A stretch of DNA of 64,000 nucleotides from an uncultured archaeon. GTDB taxonomy: Archaea > Altiarchaeota > Altiarchaeia > IMC4 > SCGC-AAA252-I15. The stretch spans positions 108,471 through 172,470 of the forward strand of contig CAZPLO010000001.1 in NCBI GenBank assembly GCA_964587725.1, read 5' to 3'. Made by a program: the position numbers and the translations under genes. The notes beneath the pieces are model-generated. The model searched no databases. It saw nothing but the letters and a program-made list of their open reading frames with translations, and was not told where the DNA came from. Shown here piece after piece: positions 36,808-46,837 of this stretch (its first letter is position 1; every line of letters starts with the position of its first letter).

Positions 36808-37647
36808 ATGAAGACGTTTTGGAAGGTTGCGCTGACGTTCGCGGTTTTGGCGGTTTTCGTGCTAGTTATCGCGTTCGTTGTGGGTGCGCTGATGAGCGGA
36901 TTCAATCTCCCGTCAATGGGCGGGGGGGATGTGAAGGTCGTGCCAGTTCACGGCCAGATAACGTTGGGGGGATGCCCCAGCGGACTGCTAACCATTCAGC
37001 AGTGCGCGCAGGTCGAGGTCATAAAAGATGAGTTGAGGAAGGCCGATAAAGACCCGCAGGTGAAGGCGATTGTGTTGGACGTGTACTCCGGGGGCGGGAA
37101 CATCGTGGCGAGCAGGGAGTTGATGCGGGCCGTCCGCGACACCAAAAAGCCGGTTGTATCTTGGATAGGTGAGGTCGGAGCATCCGGTGCGTATTATGTT
37201 GCGTCCGCATCCGACAGGATAGTTGCGGACGAAAACAGCATAACCGGAAGCATCGGAGTCATCATGTTCATACAACATTACTATGAACTGTTCGACGAAA
37301 TCGGGATAAACGTGACCGTGCTGACGGCCGGGGAGACAAAAGACATAGGAAGCCCCTACCGTCCCATGACCGACGAGGAGCGGCAGGAGCTGCAGGACAT
37401 GATAAACAAGGTCTACTACACGTTCATGCGGGATGTCGCAGAAAACAGGGGCCTTGACATGGAGTACGTGAGAAACATTTCGGAGGGGAACATATACCTG
37501 GGCAGCGAAGCCGCGGAAATCGGTTTGGTTGACGAAGTCGGAGGCTTCGACCACGCAGTCGACGTCGCCGCGGAACTCGGCGGCATAACGGGGGAGCCGG
37601 GCGTGAGGATGCCGGAGCGCAGGCTCAGGTGGACCGACCTCCTGTAG
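36808..37647 (+). CDS. sppA: Signal peptide peptidase SppA (S49)
   Basis: N-terminal transmembrane helix; SGGG, ASGAYYVAS, TGSIGV and GLVDEVG. Confidence 0.92.
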   Translation: MKTFWKVALTFAVLAVFVLVIAFVVGALMSGFNLPSMGGGDVKVVPVHGQITLGGCPSGLLTIQQCAQVEVIKDELRKADKDPQVKAIVLDVYSGGGNIVASRELMRAVRDTKKPVVSWIGEVGASGAYYVASASDRIVADENSITGSIGVIMFIQHYYELFDEIGINVTVLTAGETKDIGSPYRPMTDEERQELQDMINKVYYTFMRDVAENRGLDMEYVRNISEGNIYLGSEAAEIGLVDEVGGFDHAVDVAAELGGITGEPGVRMPERRLRWTDLL

Positions 37648-37680
37648 TTTTTAAACGGCCACTGCCTTATGGTAAGAACA

Positions 37681-37881
37681 ATGGGTAGGATTAAGCAGAC
37701 GTACTTGAAGCGGGTTGCGGAGAAGCTGGTGAAAGAGTATCCGGACACCTTCACCACCGACTTCCAGGACAACAAGAGAAAGGTGCAGAGCCACACCGAC
37801 ATAACCAGCAAGAGCATCCGCAACAAAATAGCGGGTTATTTGACCAAGAAGATGAAGCAGAAGGCTAAGGAAGCCTCCTAG
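37681..37881 (+). CDS. rps17e: 30S ribosomal protein S17e
   Basis: MGRIKQTYLKR, FQDNK and SKSIRNKIAGYLT. Confidence 0.95.
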   Translation: MGRIKQTYLKRVAEKLVKEYPDTFTTDFQDNKRKVQSHTDITSKSIRNKIAGYLTKKMKQKAKEAS

Positions 37882-38657
37882 GTTCTATAGCATTCCTCTT
37901 TGAGGACACAGCCCCCGCACTTCTGCGGGATACCGTGGGGGCATACGTCGGGGACCACCCCATCCAGGATTTCCTTCACCGAGTCGCGGGCGTATATCAC
38001 CTGCCTACGGAGTTTCTCCGTGAACAACACCGGCTTCCTCTCGGCCGCGCGCGTGTATTCTATGAAACCGTGCGGTATCCTTTCACCGAACCGTTCCTCC
38101 AACAGCATCCCGTATCCGCACAGTTGCACCCGGTCGCCGTCCCAACCGAAGTCGTGTGGGACGCCTGTCTTGATTTCAACCGGCTCCAGAGAGTCGCGGC
38201 GCATAATCTTGTCCACACGACCCTTCAACCCCAGTTCCTCCGACTTGACTGAATACTCAGTACGCCACGGCGTAACATATTCAAGCGCTTTTTCGAAGCC
38301 CATGTCCGACACCATAGCATCCAGTTCCATGCGGAGACAGTCCAGCTCACGCATCATCTCACCCCTGACAGAAGATATGAATTCACCGTAGGATTCACTC
38401 CACCGTTCCGCAAAAATGTAGGGGAGGTCCTGGAGAACCGCATCCAACTCCGTCTTCATCATGGAGTCGACGTCTTCCACAGACTTCATCTTATTCAGGA
38501 GGCGGGCCTGCCGCATAGACAGCTCCCGCCGGACGGCGTGGCCTACGACGCCGCGGCCCTGCTCCGGCGACTCCGGAACCCTTACCTTCAGGACGTTGGA
38601 CAGGTAGATGCTGCGGGGACAGTAGACGTACCTGTTGAGGTCTGAAACGCGAATCAC
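37878..38657 (-). CDS. Stand-alone Cas4-like PD-(D/E)xK nuclease with Fe-S cysteines
   Basis: YVYCPR, GRVDKI, VEIKTG, QLCGY and C-terminal C...CGGC...C; no cas1 or array in the window. Confidence 0.85.
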   Translation of the reverse strand: MIRVSDLNRYVYCPRSIYLSNVLKVRVPESPEQGRGVVGHAVRRELSMRQARLLNKMKSVEDVDSMMKTELDAVLQDLPYIFAERWSESYGEFISSVRGEMMRELDCLRMELDAMVSDMGFEKALEYVTPWRTEYSVKSEELGLKGRVDKIMRRDSLEPVEIKTGVPHDFGWDGDRVQLCGYGMLLEERFGERIPHGFIEYTRAAERKPVLFTEKLRRQVIYARDSVKEILDGVVPDVCPHGIPQKCGGCVLKEECYRT

Positions 38658-39022
38658 TTCACCACCACGTTCCCCGGCTTCTCCACAACCAACTCCAGCC
38701 GTCCATTGTAGAGTTGCACCACACCCAACACCTCCACGGTCCGGTTCACCAGCTCATCCTCACCCAGTGAGGCGGCTACGTCATACGGCAGGTACACATC
38801 CATTGACGCGTCATCGTCTGATAGTGTCATCATCACGCTGCCGCCGGTGAAGGTGTGAAGCCGGGACACCGTGCCCTCAACCCTCACCGCCTTCTCCAAT
38901 GAAGAACCGGTCACATCCCGCAGCTGTGATAGAGGGGGGCGGATGGACGGTGAAACAAACGCTATCAACAGTATCCCCGCTATGGAAACCACGCACGCGA
39001 GATACAACATCCGGTCAGCCAA
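38654..39022 (-). CDS. Membrane-anchored OB-fold protein
   Basis: N-terminal transmembrane helix, then VRVEGTV...VEVLGVVQLYNGRLELVV. Confidence 0.7.
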   Translation of the reverse strand: MADRMLYLACVVSIAGILLIAFVSPSIRPPLSQLRDVTGSSLEKAVRVEGTVSRLHTFTGGSVMMTLSDDDASMDVYLPYDVAASLGEDELVNRTVEVLGVVQLYNGRLELVVEKPGNVVVK

Positions 39023-39065
39023 GATGAACCACCCCGTAAAAGTGGTTACGTATAGGAACAGGTAT

Positions 39066-39221
39066 TTAAGCGGTTGAGATAGCCTTCTTACGGCTCTTCC
39101 GGCGTATCCTGCCGACTTTACCGCATTTCCTGCAGCGCGTCGCCTTCAACGGGTTCTTCGCGTTGCAGCTCATGCACACGCCCTTGAACAGCCGCCGCTC
39201 AGCCTCCTTAAACTTAGCCAT
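39066..39221 (-). CDS. rpl40e: 50S ribosomal protein L40e
   Basis: Read by hand (below the ORF-track cutoff): [34 protein letters not shown]... Confidence 0.9.
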   Translation of the reverse strand: MAKFKEAERRLFKGVCMSCNAKNPLKATRCRKCGKVGRIRRKSRKKAISTA

Positions 39222-39293
39222 CGCCAGCCAATATATAGGGGAAAAGCATATAAAAGTACGCTATATAAACGAGGAAAACATAAAACCTTAGAC

Positions 39294-39422
39294 AGCGGGG
39301 TTGAGCAGCCAGGAGTGCTCGTCGGGCTCATATGCAAAACCCTCAGGTTTTGATACACCAAAAACCTGTTAGGTTTTTGCTGTGTAACCCGAAGGCCAGT
39401 GGTTCAAATCCACTCCCCGCTA
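39294..39422 (+). tRNA. Initiator tRNA-Met (CAT) with a 54-nt intron at 37/38 (39333-39386)
   Basis: A1-U72 acceptor stem agcgggg/ccccgct, three G-C pairs at the base of the anticodon stem, T arm ggttcaaatcc; removing 39333-39386 restores ct-CAT-aa. Confidence 0.9.
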
Positions 39423-39436
39423 ACCTTTCTTCTTTC

Positions 39437-39535
39437 TCAGGGTATCGCTATTTGGTTGACGTAGATGGACATGAACAGTAGCAGGAGTACCGCGAACAAT
39501 ATGGCGGCGGCAATCTCGAAGAAGGGGTTCTTCAT
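39437..39535 (-). CDS. Putative 32-aa single-pass membrane microprotein
   Basis: Read by hand: MKNPFFEIAAAILFAVLLLLFMSIYVNQIAIP, with GC-ending codons. Confidence 0.5.
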   Translation of the reverse strand: MKNPFFEIAAAILFAVLLLLFMSIYVNQIAIP

Positions 39536-39536
39536 C

Positions 39537-39595
39537 GTTTAAACTATTTGAACTTTTGTTTAAATTGTTTTGAATTTTGTTTAAACAGTTTAAAA
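39537..39595. repeat. AT-rich ~20-bp tandem unit with periodic TTTAAA, copy 2
   Basis: 39551-39570 matches 11671-11690 at 19/20 positions; 39573-39594 matches 11651-11672 at 21/22. Confidence 0.8.
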
Positions 39596-40402
39596 TCCGA
39601 GTATGGCGGCCGACATCAGGTATCCGATGAGGAGGCCGATGGATATTGGTGGTAGGGCGGGTAGGGCTGCTTTCTCCTTGCTCTGGAGGTAGTAGTATAA
39701 TGCTATGAGGCCGAGTAGGCCGCCGAATGCGGTGGGTATTGCGTGGCCTGTGCCGTGGGTCGCGAGCACGGAGACAGTGAACGCCAGCGGCAGGGCTAGG
39801 TCGCCGGCGCCCAAACCCATGACGCGGTCCCCCAAGGGTATGAGGAACATGAGGGCGAATTTGCCTTTACTTTCCTCCGCTATCTTCACCATGTGTTTGG
39901 TGACGAACACCGCCACCACATCGTAGACTGACATCAGCAGCAACAGTATTAAGGCTGGCGTGAAGCCTAGGGATGCGCCAAGGACGGAGCCGACGCCGGA
40001 TATGGTCAGCACCAGTACTATGTTGACTGTGTTGGGGTCGCTGCGCCGCCAGAACGCGTAAGCGAGAATCAGTATCGTGAGTATGAGTGAGTAGTCTCCG
40101 ACGAACGCGGACGTGGTGAACAGGATGCCCATGAAAAAGGATAGCATCAGGGCTCCGCGGATGATGAAACCCCACTTCTTCTTCATGATGAACAGGAGGG
40201 CGGCGGTGGCGACGAGGATGTAGAGGAAGATGTGTATCGACGACGCCGGGTCCTCCGGGTTGGAGACAACAGGCTGAATAACCTGCTCCTGACCCTCCGG
40301 CGGATACATGAGGGGGAGGATGAAGGATGCGGTGTTCAAGCCCAACAGTATGGTTGTGAGGTAGATGGAACACAGTAGTACAAGGTTGCGGTAGTCCCTC
40401 AT
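39590..40402 (-). CDS. Presenilin/signal-peptide-peptidase-like intramembrane aspartyl protease (A22)
   Basis: YD motif (SVYDVVAV), GLGAGD (GxGD) and PALPP (PAL). Confidence 0.9.
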   Translation of the reverse strand: MRDYRNLVLLCSIYLTTILLGLNTASFILPLMYPPEGQEQVIQPVVSNPEDPASSIHIFLYILVATAALLFIMKKKWGFIIRGALMLSFFMGILFTTSAFVGDYSLILTILILAYAFWRRSDPNTVNIVLVLTISGVGSVLGASLGFTPALILLLLMSVYDVVAVFVTKHMVKIAEESKGKFALMFLIPLGDRVMGLGAGDLALPLAFTVSVLATHGTGHAIPTAFGGLLGLIALYYYLQSKEKAALPALPPISIGLLIGYLMSAAILGF

Positions 40403-40441
40403 GTAAAGGTAAAGGAAAAATAAGGAGAAAAAGAGGAGGGT

Positions 40442-42400
40442 TTATTTGTTTCTCTCCTCTATCAGCTTCTCCACCACCGTCGGGTCAGCCAAGGTGGTGG
40501 TGTCGCCTATGTCCTTAACGCCCTCCGCGATTTTCCGGAGTATCCGGCGCATGATTTTGCCGCTCCGGGTCTTCGGAAGGGCGTCCGCGAACTGCACCCT
40601 TTCGGGTTTCGCGATGGGACCGATTTCGGTGCCGACGAACGCGCGAAGCTCCTTCGCCAGTTCCTCGGTTTTGTCGACGCCCTGGTTGAGGGTTACGAAC
40701 GCATACAGTGCCTGCCCCTTCACCTCATGGGGTATTGGAACAACCGCTGCTTCCGCCACAACCTTGTGGAGTACCAACGCACTCTCAACCTCCGCCGTTC
40801 CTATGCGGTGTCCGCTGACGTTTATGACGTCGTCTATCCGGCCCATCAGCCAGTAGTCGCCGTCCTCGTCTATGCGGGCACCGTCACCGGTCAGGTAGAT
40901 GCCGGGGTACTGGCTGAAATAGGTTTTCCTGAAACGGTCCGGGTCTCCGTATACTGTGCGGAGCATGCTCGGCCACGGCTGCTCGATAACCAAGAACCCG
41001 CCTTCGTTGACTGCCGCTTTTTCGTTGGCGTCCTTCTTCAGTATCTTCGGCTTCACGCCGAAAAATGGTCTGCTGGCGGAGCCGGGCTTCAGCGTGAACG
41101 CTCCGGGCAGCGGCGTAATCAGTATTCCGCCGGTCTCCGTCTGCCACCACGTATCCACAATCGGGCACTCTCCGCGTCCGATTACGTTGTAGTACCAAAG
41201 CCACGCCTCCGGGTTAATGGGCTCGCCGACGGAACCGAGCAGCTGTAGGCTGCTTAGGTCGTGTTTCTTCGGCCACTCGTCCCCGTATTTCGCGACCGCG
41301 CGGATGGCGGTAGGGGCGGTGTAGAATATGTTCACCTTGTGTTTCTCCACGATGTCCCAGAACCGGTCCGCCTCCGGGTAGAAGGGGGTTCCTTCGAACA
41401 TCACGGTTATGGCTCCGTTGCCCAGCGGGCCGTAGATGATGTAGCTGTGGCCGGTAATCCATCCTATGTCTGCGGTGCAGAAGTACACGTCGCCGTCGTG
41501 GTAGTCGAACACGTACTTGTGTGTCAGCTGCGTGTACACCATGTAGCCTCCGGTGGTGTGCAACACACCCTTCGGCTTGCCGGTGGTTCCGGACGTGTAG
41601 AGTATGAACAATGGGTCCTCCGCGTCCATCTCCTCACAAACGCACTCTGCAGATGCGCCGCTCATCTCGTCGGCCCATACCGTGTCGCGGTCGAGTTTCT
41701 CGTAGTCGTCGTCTGTTCTTTCCACGACGATGACTTTCTCAACGCAGTCGCAGTCTTCCACGGCGTCGTTGGCGGCCTTCTTCAACGGAATAGCCCTGCC
41801 GCCGCGCATGCTGACGTTGCTCGTTATGAGTATTTTCGCCTCCGAATCCAGAATACGCTGCTTCAGGGATTCAGCGCTGAATCCGCCGAACACGATGCTG
41901 TGTATGGCTCCGATGCGCGCGCATGCCAGCATGGAATAAGCCAGTTCGGGTATCATGGGCAGGTATATGCAGACCCTGTCGCCCTTGGATACTCCGTGCT
42001 TCTTCAACACGTTCGCGAACCTGCAGACCTGCTCGTGCAGCTGTTTGTATGTTATCTTCTGGACGTCCGAGGGGTCGTCTCCCTCCCAGATGATTGCGAC
42101 CTGGCCGCCGCGGTCTTCCAGGTGGCGGTCGACGCAGTTGTAGCATGCGTTCAGCTTGGCGCCATCAAACCACTTACACTCGAGGGATTCTGGATTCCAC
42201 TGGTATACTTTGTCCCATTTCTTGAACCAGGTGGTGTTCTCGGCCATCTCAGCCCAGAAGCCGTCCGGGTCTTCAAGAGACCGCTTGTACATCTCCTCGT
42301 ATTGTTCGACGCTTTTGATATGTGCTTTCTCTTTGAACCAATTCGGCGATTCAATCTTCTTTCCTTCACCCATCATGGATTCGATGCTGTCTTCAGCCAT
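40442..42400 (-). CDS. acs: Acetyl-CoA synthetase (AMP-forming)
   Basis: [39 protein letters not shown] and [11 protein letters not shown]. Confidence 0.97.
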   Translation of the reverse strand: MAEDSIESMMGEGKKIESPNWFKEKAHIKSVEQYEEMYKRSLEDPDGFWAEMAENTTWFKKWDKVYQWNPESLECKWFDGAKLNACYNCVDRHLEDRGGQVAIIWEGDDPSDVQKITYKQLHEQVCRFANVLKKHGVSKGDRVCIYLPMIPELAYSMLACARIGAIHSIVFGGFSAESLKQRILDSEAKILITSNVSMRGGRAIPLKKAANDAVEDCDCVEKVIVVERTDDDYEKLDRDTVWADEMSGASAECVCEEMDAEDPLFILYTSGTTGKPKGVLHTTGGYMVYTQLTHKYVFDYHDGDVYFCTADIGWITGHSYIIYGPLGNGAITVMFEGTPFYPEADRFWDIVEKHKVNIFYTAPTAIRAVAKYGDEWPKKHDLSSLQLLGSVGEPINPEAWLWYYNVIGRGECPIVDTWWQTETGGILITPLPGAFTLKPGSASRPFFGVKPKILKKDANEKAAVNEGGFLVIEQPWPSMLRTVYGDPDRFRKTYFSQYPGIYLTGDGARIDEDGDYWLMGRIDDVINVSGHRIGTAEVESALVLHKVVAEAAVVPIPHEVKGQALYAFVTLNQGVDKTEELAKELRAFVGTEIGPIAKPERVQFADALPKTRSGKIMRRILRKIAEGVKDIGDTTTLADPTVVEKLIEERNK

Positions 42401-42452
42401 TTCAGTTTACCTCTGTTTTATCGTAAAAACGCGGATTCTGCCGCGGAGTATA

Positions 42453-42956
42453 TTACTTTGAAAGGTTGTTTAAAAAGTCCTGGAGGATGGGGAGGAGCTG
42501 CCGGGTTTCGGGAATGAATTCCTCCGTCTCAATCTTCTTCAGGGCCTCCTCCAGTGTCATGAACTCCCCGTACTCTATCTCGTCTTCAAGAAGGTCGGGT
42601 TTCTGGGATGTCTTGAAGCCATACACCGTGACGTTTTCAGACTCCTCCGGCAGCCGCTTCCTGAAGTAACCCATCCTGAAGGGTTTCGAACGTAGGTCCG
42701 CCTCCTCCAGTCCTTCACGGACTACGGCGTCGTCGTAGCTTTCGCCCGAGGGGACGTGCCCGCCCAAGACGATGCTCCACCGGCCTCCGAAGAACTCCTT
42801 GTCCGATGCGCGTCTGTTGACTAGAATCCGCCAAGCAGGATCGAACACAAAAAACATCACACTGCGGTGCAACAGATTCTGTTCGTGGCATTCGTCCCTG
42901 CTGGCCTTCCCCAACACGGTGTCGTCTTCGTCCACTAAGTCCAAATACTCGGTCAT
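42453..42956 (-). CDS. NUDIX hydrolase (IDI-like subgroup)
   Basis: LVDEDD, LHRSV and GGHVPSGESYDDAVVREGLEE. Confidence 0.85.
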   Translation of the reverse strand: MTEYLDLVDEDDTVLGKASRDECHEQNLLHRSVMFFVFDPAWRILVNRRASDKEFFGGRWSIVLGGHVPSGESYDDAVVREGLEEADLRSKPFRMGYFRKRLPEESENVTVYGFKTSQKPDLLEDEIEYGEFMTLEEALKKIETEEFIPETRQLLPILQDFLNNLSK

Positions 42957-44959
42957 CTCTCCTCGGTGAACATGAATTTTCCGTGGCGGGGCTCGTAAAT
43001 TTCCCCTTTCTTCTTCAACTCGCTGATTATCTGGTCGACGGTGAACTTGTCTATGTTCTTCTCCGACATCGCTTCCCTGATTCCATCCAGCGACGCCATG
43101 CCGTCGGGGCTCGACTCTATGATCTCCCTTATCGTTTCCTCCACGGTGCGGATTCTGTCCCTCATGCTCTTCGGGTGGTCTGTTACGATGCGGTCTATGT
43201 CGAATTCCCCTGTTTCGGCGTCGTATGCTATCTCCTTCAAAACGAAGTCTGTGAGTTTGATTGCTCTTTCAACGTCTCCGACCGAGACCTCGTCGCTGAG
43301 CCTCAGTTTCGCAGACGCCTCCGACAGTCTTACCAATGCCTCCAGCTGACGTGGTGTGGCTGCGGCTGCGCCTCCGCGGCCCCGCGCACGCAACGCAACA
43401 TAGTATTCCCGTATCTTCTCCACCGTGTCCTGGGTGAGCTCCGGCCGGATGTTCCGGCGGGCGTAGGCTATGTATTTCCGGAACAATGCGGCGTCGACGG
43501 GCGGCCTTATCTCCTCCAGGCTCTCGCTGCGGTGCATCTTCAGCATGTGCTCGGCGATGCTCCGGTCCGTTTCTCTGTCCAACACGTCCCTTATCGGGAA
43601 TATGAGGTCGAAACGCGAAATGAGGGTGGGAGGTATGTCAAACTGTTCCGCCAGCGGCTTGTAGTTGTCGAAGCGGCTGAACTTAGGATTAGAGGCTGCC
43701 AGTATGCTGGTGTTGGCCTTGAACTTGGTTATGATGCCGGCTTTGGCGACGGATATTGTCTGCTGTTCCATGGCCTCGTGCATGGCGCTCCGGTCCTCCT
43801 TGTCCATTTTGTCGAATTCGTCTATTGCGGCGATGCCGCCGCCGGCCAGCACGAGCGCCCCCGCCTTCAGGGTCCACGCGCCGTCGGCGAGCTCGTCCTT
43901 TTCAGCGGTCGCCGTCAGTCCGGCTCCGGTGGTGCCTTTGCCTGTGACGTATATGCTCTTCGGGGCTATCTGGTCCACGTACTGGAGGACGCGGGATTTC
44001 GCCACGCCCGGGTCTCCGATGAGCAGCAGGTGTATGTCTCCGCGGGCTTTGGTGCCGTCCGGCAGAACCTTTCCCTGGCGGCCGCCGAACAGTTGCAGGG
44101 CTATTGCCTCCTTCACCTCCCGGTAGCCGTAGATGGATGGTGCGATGCAGTCGACTATTTTGTCGTGCAACCGCGGGTCCTTCGCAAGCTCCTGAATCTC
44201 CTTCTCTTCTTCGTCTGTTATCTCGAACTCCTCGAACTCGCGCTCCACCGCCTCCATGTGGTTTACTTCCAGGAATTTCCCGTATACGGAGCCCTTAGCC
44301 TTCTGAGGCTTCAGCCGGACTATTCCGGTGATGATGACCTTGTCGCCTGCGGTGACGACGTCGGTCATGTCCTCCTCCGCCCAGAGTTCTATGCGACGTG
44401 CTTGTTCGCCGCCGACGAGCATCTCCAGAGGCTCCTGTATCTCGAGGCGCTGGACGTCAGTCCACTCGCTCTCCTCCAGTATGAAGCGGAAGTCGCTTTT
44501 CCCGCAGCTCCTGCAGCGGCCAGGTTCAATGAGCATCCGCTTGTCCTGAACGATCCAGTTGTGTTCGTCACAGCGGCTGCACACAAACAATGCCTTGCTG
44601 ACCTTCGGCAGCACGTCGCTGATTCTGTTTACCACGCCTTCCACGGAGATGAACTTGCCTATGAAGTCCGACGTTATGTCTCTGACTGGGACGGTGTAGC
44701 CGCGTTCCTTCGGCACGTTTCTGAACCGGGCGTTGAATTTTGGGTTCTCTACGACTGTGAGGATGCCCATGTTGTTTAGGACTTCGTTGAAGTCCGCCAG
44801 CACTTCGTCGGGGGTGTGGCGCAGGCGGTCGGCGAGGTCTCTGTCGTGGCGTTCCAGCTCCTCGAAATCCAGAACCAGGCTTTTTTTCTCGGGGTACTTC
44901 TCCCCCAGCCTGCGGAGCTGCTCCTTCTGCTTCCCCATGAAGGACTCAATCTTCTTCAA
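42953..44959 (-). CDS. mcm: MCM replicative helicase
   Basis: Zn finger CSRC...CRSC, GDPGVAKS, IDEFDKM, MEQQTIS, SRFDL and TPRQLE; no intein. Confidence 0.97.
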   Translation of the reverse strand: MKKIESFMGKQKEQLRRLGEKYPEKKSLVLDFEELERHDRDLADRLRHTPDEVLADFNEVLNNMGILTVVENPKFNARFRNVPKERGYTVPVRDITSDFIGKFISVEGVVNRISDVLPKVSKALFVCSRCDEHNWIVQDKRMLIEPGRCRSCGKSDFRFILEESEWTDVQRLEIQEPLEMLVGGEQARRIELWAEEDMTDVVTAGDKVIITGIVRLKPQKAKGSVYGKFLEVNHMEAVEREFEEFEITDEEEKEIQELAKDPRLHDKIVDCIAPSIYGYREVKEAIALQLFGGRQGKVLPDGTKARGDIHLLLIGDPGVAKSRVLQYVDQIAPKSIYVTGKGTTGAGLTATAEKDELADGAWTLKAGALVLAGGGIAAIDEFDKMDKEDRSAMHEAMEQQTISVAKAGIITKFKANTSILAASNPKFSRFDNYKPLAEQFDIPPTLISRFDLIFPIRDVLDRETDRSIAEHMLKMHRSESLEEIRPPVDAALFRKYIAYARRNIRPELTQDTVEKIREYYVALRARGRGGAAAATPRQLEALVRLSEASAKLRLSDEVSVGDVERAIKLTDFVLKEIAYDAETGEFDIDRIVTDHPKSMRDRIRTVEETIREIIESSPDGMASLDGIREAMSEKNIDKFTVDQIISELKKKGEIYEPRHGKFMFTEER

Positions 44960-45021
44960 GCCAACGCACCTCAGAAAAAGAGGGTTAAGGTATAGGGAGT
45001 CGGTTAAATAAAAAACCTATT

Positions 45022-45058
45022 TCGTCGTTTGTCGAACACGTTTTCGACGATTTTTAAA
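45022..45058 (+). promoter_or_regulatory. Inverted repeat plus TATA box upstream of the HTH-regulator/mevalonate operon
   Basis: tcgtcg (45022-45027)/cgacga (45045-45050), nested tcgaa/ttcga, and TTTAAA at 45053-45058 about 26 bp before the ATG at 45084. Confidence 0.45.
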
Positions 45059-45083
45059 TGATTGTCTACATAGTATTGATGGT

Positions 45084-45788
45084 ATGCTGAACGCGAGAGA
45101 GAGCGTGGCCAAGAACATCGCAGGAGAGATAACCCTGTCGGACCGCTGCTGCACCACCATGAGAAAGTGGAGGGAGATATTCGGTGTGAAGCAGACGGAC
45201 CTCGCCAGGGAGCTGCGTGTGTCTCCGTCGGTCATATCAGACTACGAGTCCGGACGGCGGAATTCGCCGGGCACTCACTTCGTGAAGAAGTACGTGGAGT
45301 CCCTGGTTGACATAGACGACCGCAACGGCGGGATGGTGCTGAGCAAGTTCATGGTGGAGCGACCCGAAGCCATAATGGAGCTGCATGAGTTCAGCAACCC
45401 CGTGAAGGCCTCCCGTTTCGTGAAACTCATAGAGGGGGAAGTCATAGCCAACAAGCGGCTCATAGGCAACAGGGAATTGCGCGGCTACACCGTCATAGAC
45501 AGCATCCAGGCCATACTGAACCTGAGCGAGCGCGAGTTCAGGAGCATCTACGGCTCCAGCACCGAACGGGCGCTGGTGTTCACGAAGGTGAAGATGGGGC
45601 GCTCGCCCATGATAGCGGTGAAGGTAACGCAGCCGAAGCCGGGGATGATAGTGTTGCACGGGGTAACCCCCAAGAAAGTCGACCGGCTCGCAACCCACAT
45701 AGCGGAGAAGGAGAGGATACCGCTGGTGGTCTCCAAGGTGAAGACGGAGGAGGAGTTAATTGGGCGGGTGCGGAGGAATTTGACATGA
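45084..45788 (+). CDS. HTH (XRE-like) transcriptional regulator, COG1709-like
   Basis: [28 protein letters not shown] and [10 protein letters not shown]; conserved upstream of archaeal HMG-CoA synthase. Confidence 0.85.
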   Translation: MLNARESVAKNIAGEITLSDRCCTTMRKWREIFGVKQTDLARELRVSPSVISDYESGRRNSPGTHFVKKYVESLVDIDDRNGGMVLSKFMVERPEAIMELHEFSNPVKASRFVKLIEGEVIANKRLIGNRELRGYTVIDSIQAILNLSEREFRSIYGSSTERALVFTKVKMGRSPMIAVKVTQPKPGMIVLHGVTPKKVDRLATHIAEKERIPLVVSKVKTEEELIGRVRRNLT

Positions 45789-46837
45789 CGGGAATAGTAG
45801 GGTACGGGGCGTATGTGCCCCGGTACAGGATAACCCCCCACGAGATAAGCAAGGTGTGGGGCGGCGACGGAGAAAGGTGGAGCAAGGGATTGAATGTTAG
45901 GGAGAAGAGCGTGCCGGCCATGGACGAAGACGTGGTCACAATAGCCACCGAGGCCGCGCGGCTGGCGCTGAAGCACTCCCAGGTTAATCCGAGAGACATC
46001 GAAGCAGTGTATGTTGGTTCCGAGTCGCATCCTTACGCGGTGAAGCCGACCGCCACCATCGTGGCGGAGGCGATTGAGGCGACGCCGGACATGACCGCTG
46101 CAGACTACGAGTTCGCGTGCAAGGCGGGGACCGCCGCCATCCAGACCTGCCTGGGGCTGGTTAAGTCCAAGATTGTGAAATACGGCCTCGCCATAGGCGC
46201 CGACACAAGCCAGGGCCGTCCCGGAGACGCCCTCGAATACACGGCATCCGCCGGCGGAGCGGCCTACGTGATAGGTGAAAGGAAGACTATAGCGGACATC
46301 AGAGACACGTACTCCTTCACCACCGACACGCCGGACTTCTGGAGGAGGGAGGGACAGGATTATCCCATGCACGGCAGCCGCTTCACAGGAGAGCCGGCGT
46401 ACTTCAAACACGTCATATCCGCGTCCACCAGGATAATGGAACGCAATAACATGAAACCAGAAGACTTCAGGTATGCGGTGTTCCACCAGCCCAACGGCAA
46501 GTTCCCGCTGGCCGCCGCCAAGAAGCTTGGTTTCAAGAAGGAACAGGTCGAAACTGGATTGCTGACTCCGGTTATAGGAAACACCTACTCCGGTGCGACG
46601 CCGCTGGCGTTGAGCGCGGTGTTGGACGAGGCCGAAGCCGGCGACATGATACTCGCAACCTCGTACGGTTCAGGGGCGGGAAGCGACGCCTTTATCATAA
46701 AGGCTACAGATCGCATATCGAAGAACAGGAACCCGAAACCTGTTCGGGAGCAGATAAAGGACCGCATATACATCGAATACAGCACCTACGCGAAATTCAA
46801 GGGCAAGATAAAGGGTGTGGGTCTGCAGAAGGGGTGA
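45785..46837 (+). CDS. hmgS: Hydroxymethylglutaryl-CoA synthase
   Basis: [19 protein letters not shown] (catalytic Cys), [14 protein letters not shown] and SYGSGAGSD. Confidence 0.95.
   Translation: MTGIVGYGAYVPRYRITPHEISKVWGGDGERWSKGLNVREKSVPAMDEDVVTIATEAARLALKHSQVNPRDIEAVYVGSESHPYAVKPTATIVAEAIEATPDMTAADYEFACKAGTAAIQTCLGLVKSKIVKYGLAIGADTSQGRPGDALEYTASAGGAAYVIGERKTIADIRDTYSFTTDTPDFWRREGQDYPMHGSRFTGEPAYFKHVISASTRIMERNNMKPEDFRYAVFHQPNGKFPLAAAKKLGFKKEQVETGLLTPVIGNTYSGATPLALSAVLDEAEAGDMILATSYGSGAGSDAFIIKATDRISKNRNPKPVREQIKDRIYIEYSTYAKFKGKIKGVGLQKG

Noticed and set aside
42983-44779. 598-aa plus-strand ORF (likewise 7625-8911, 41261-42517, 30083-30973 and 45548-46486)
   Set aside because: These are antisense shadows of well-supported genes (mcm, HerA-like, acs, epimerase, hmgS) caused by GC-rich codon bias; they contain no recognisable motifs.
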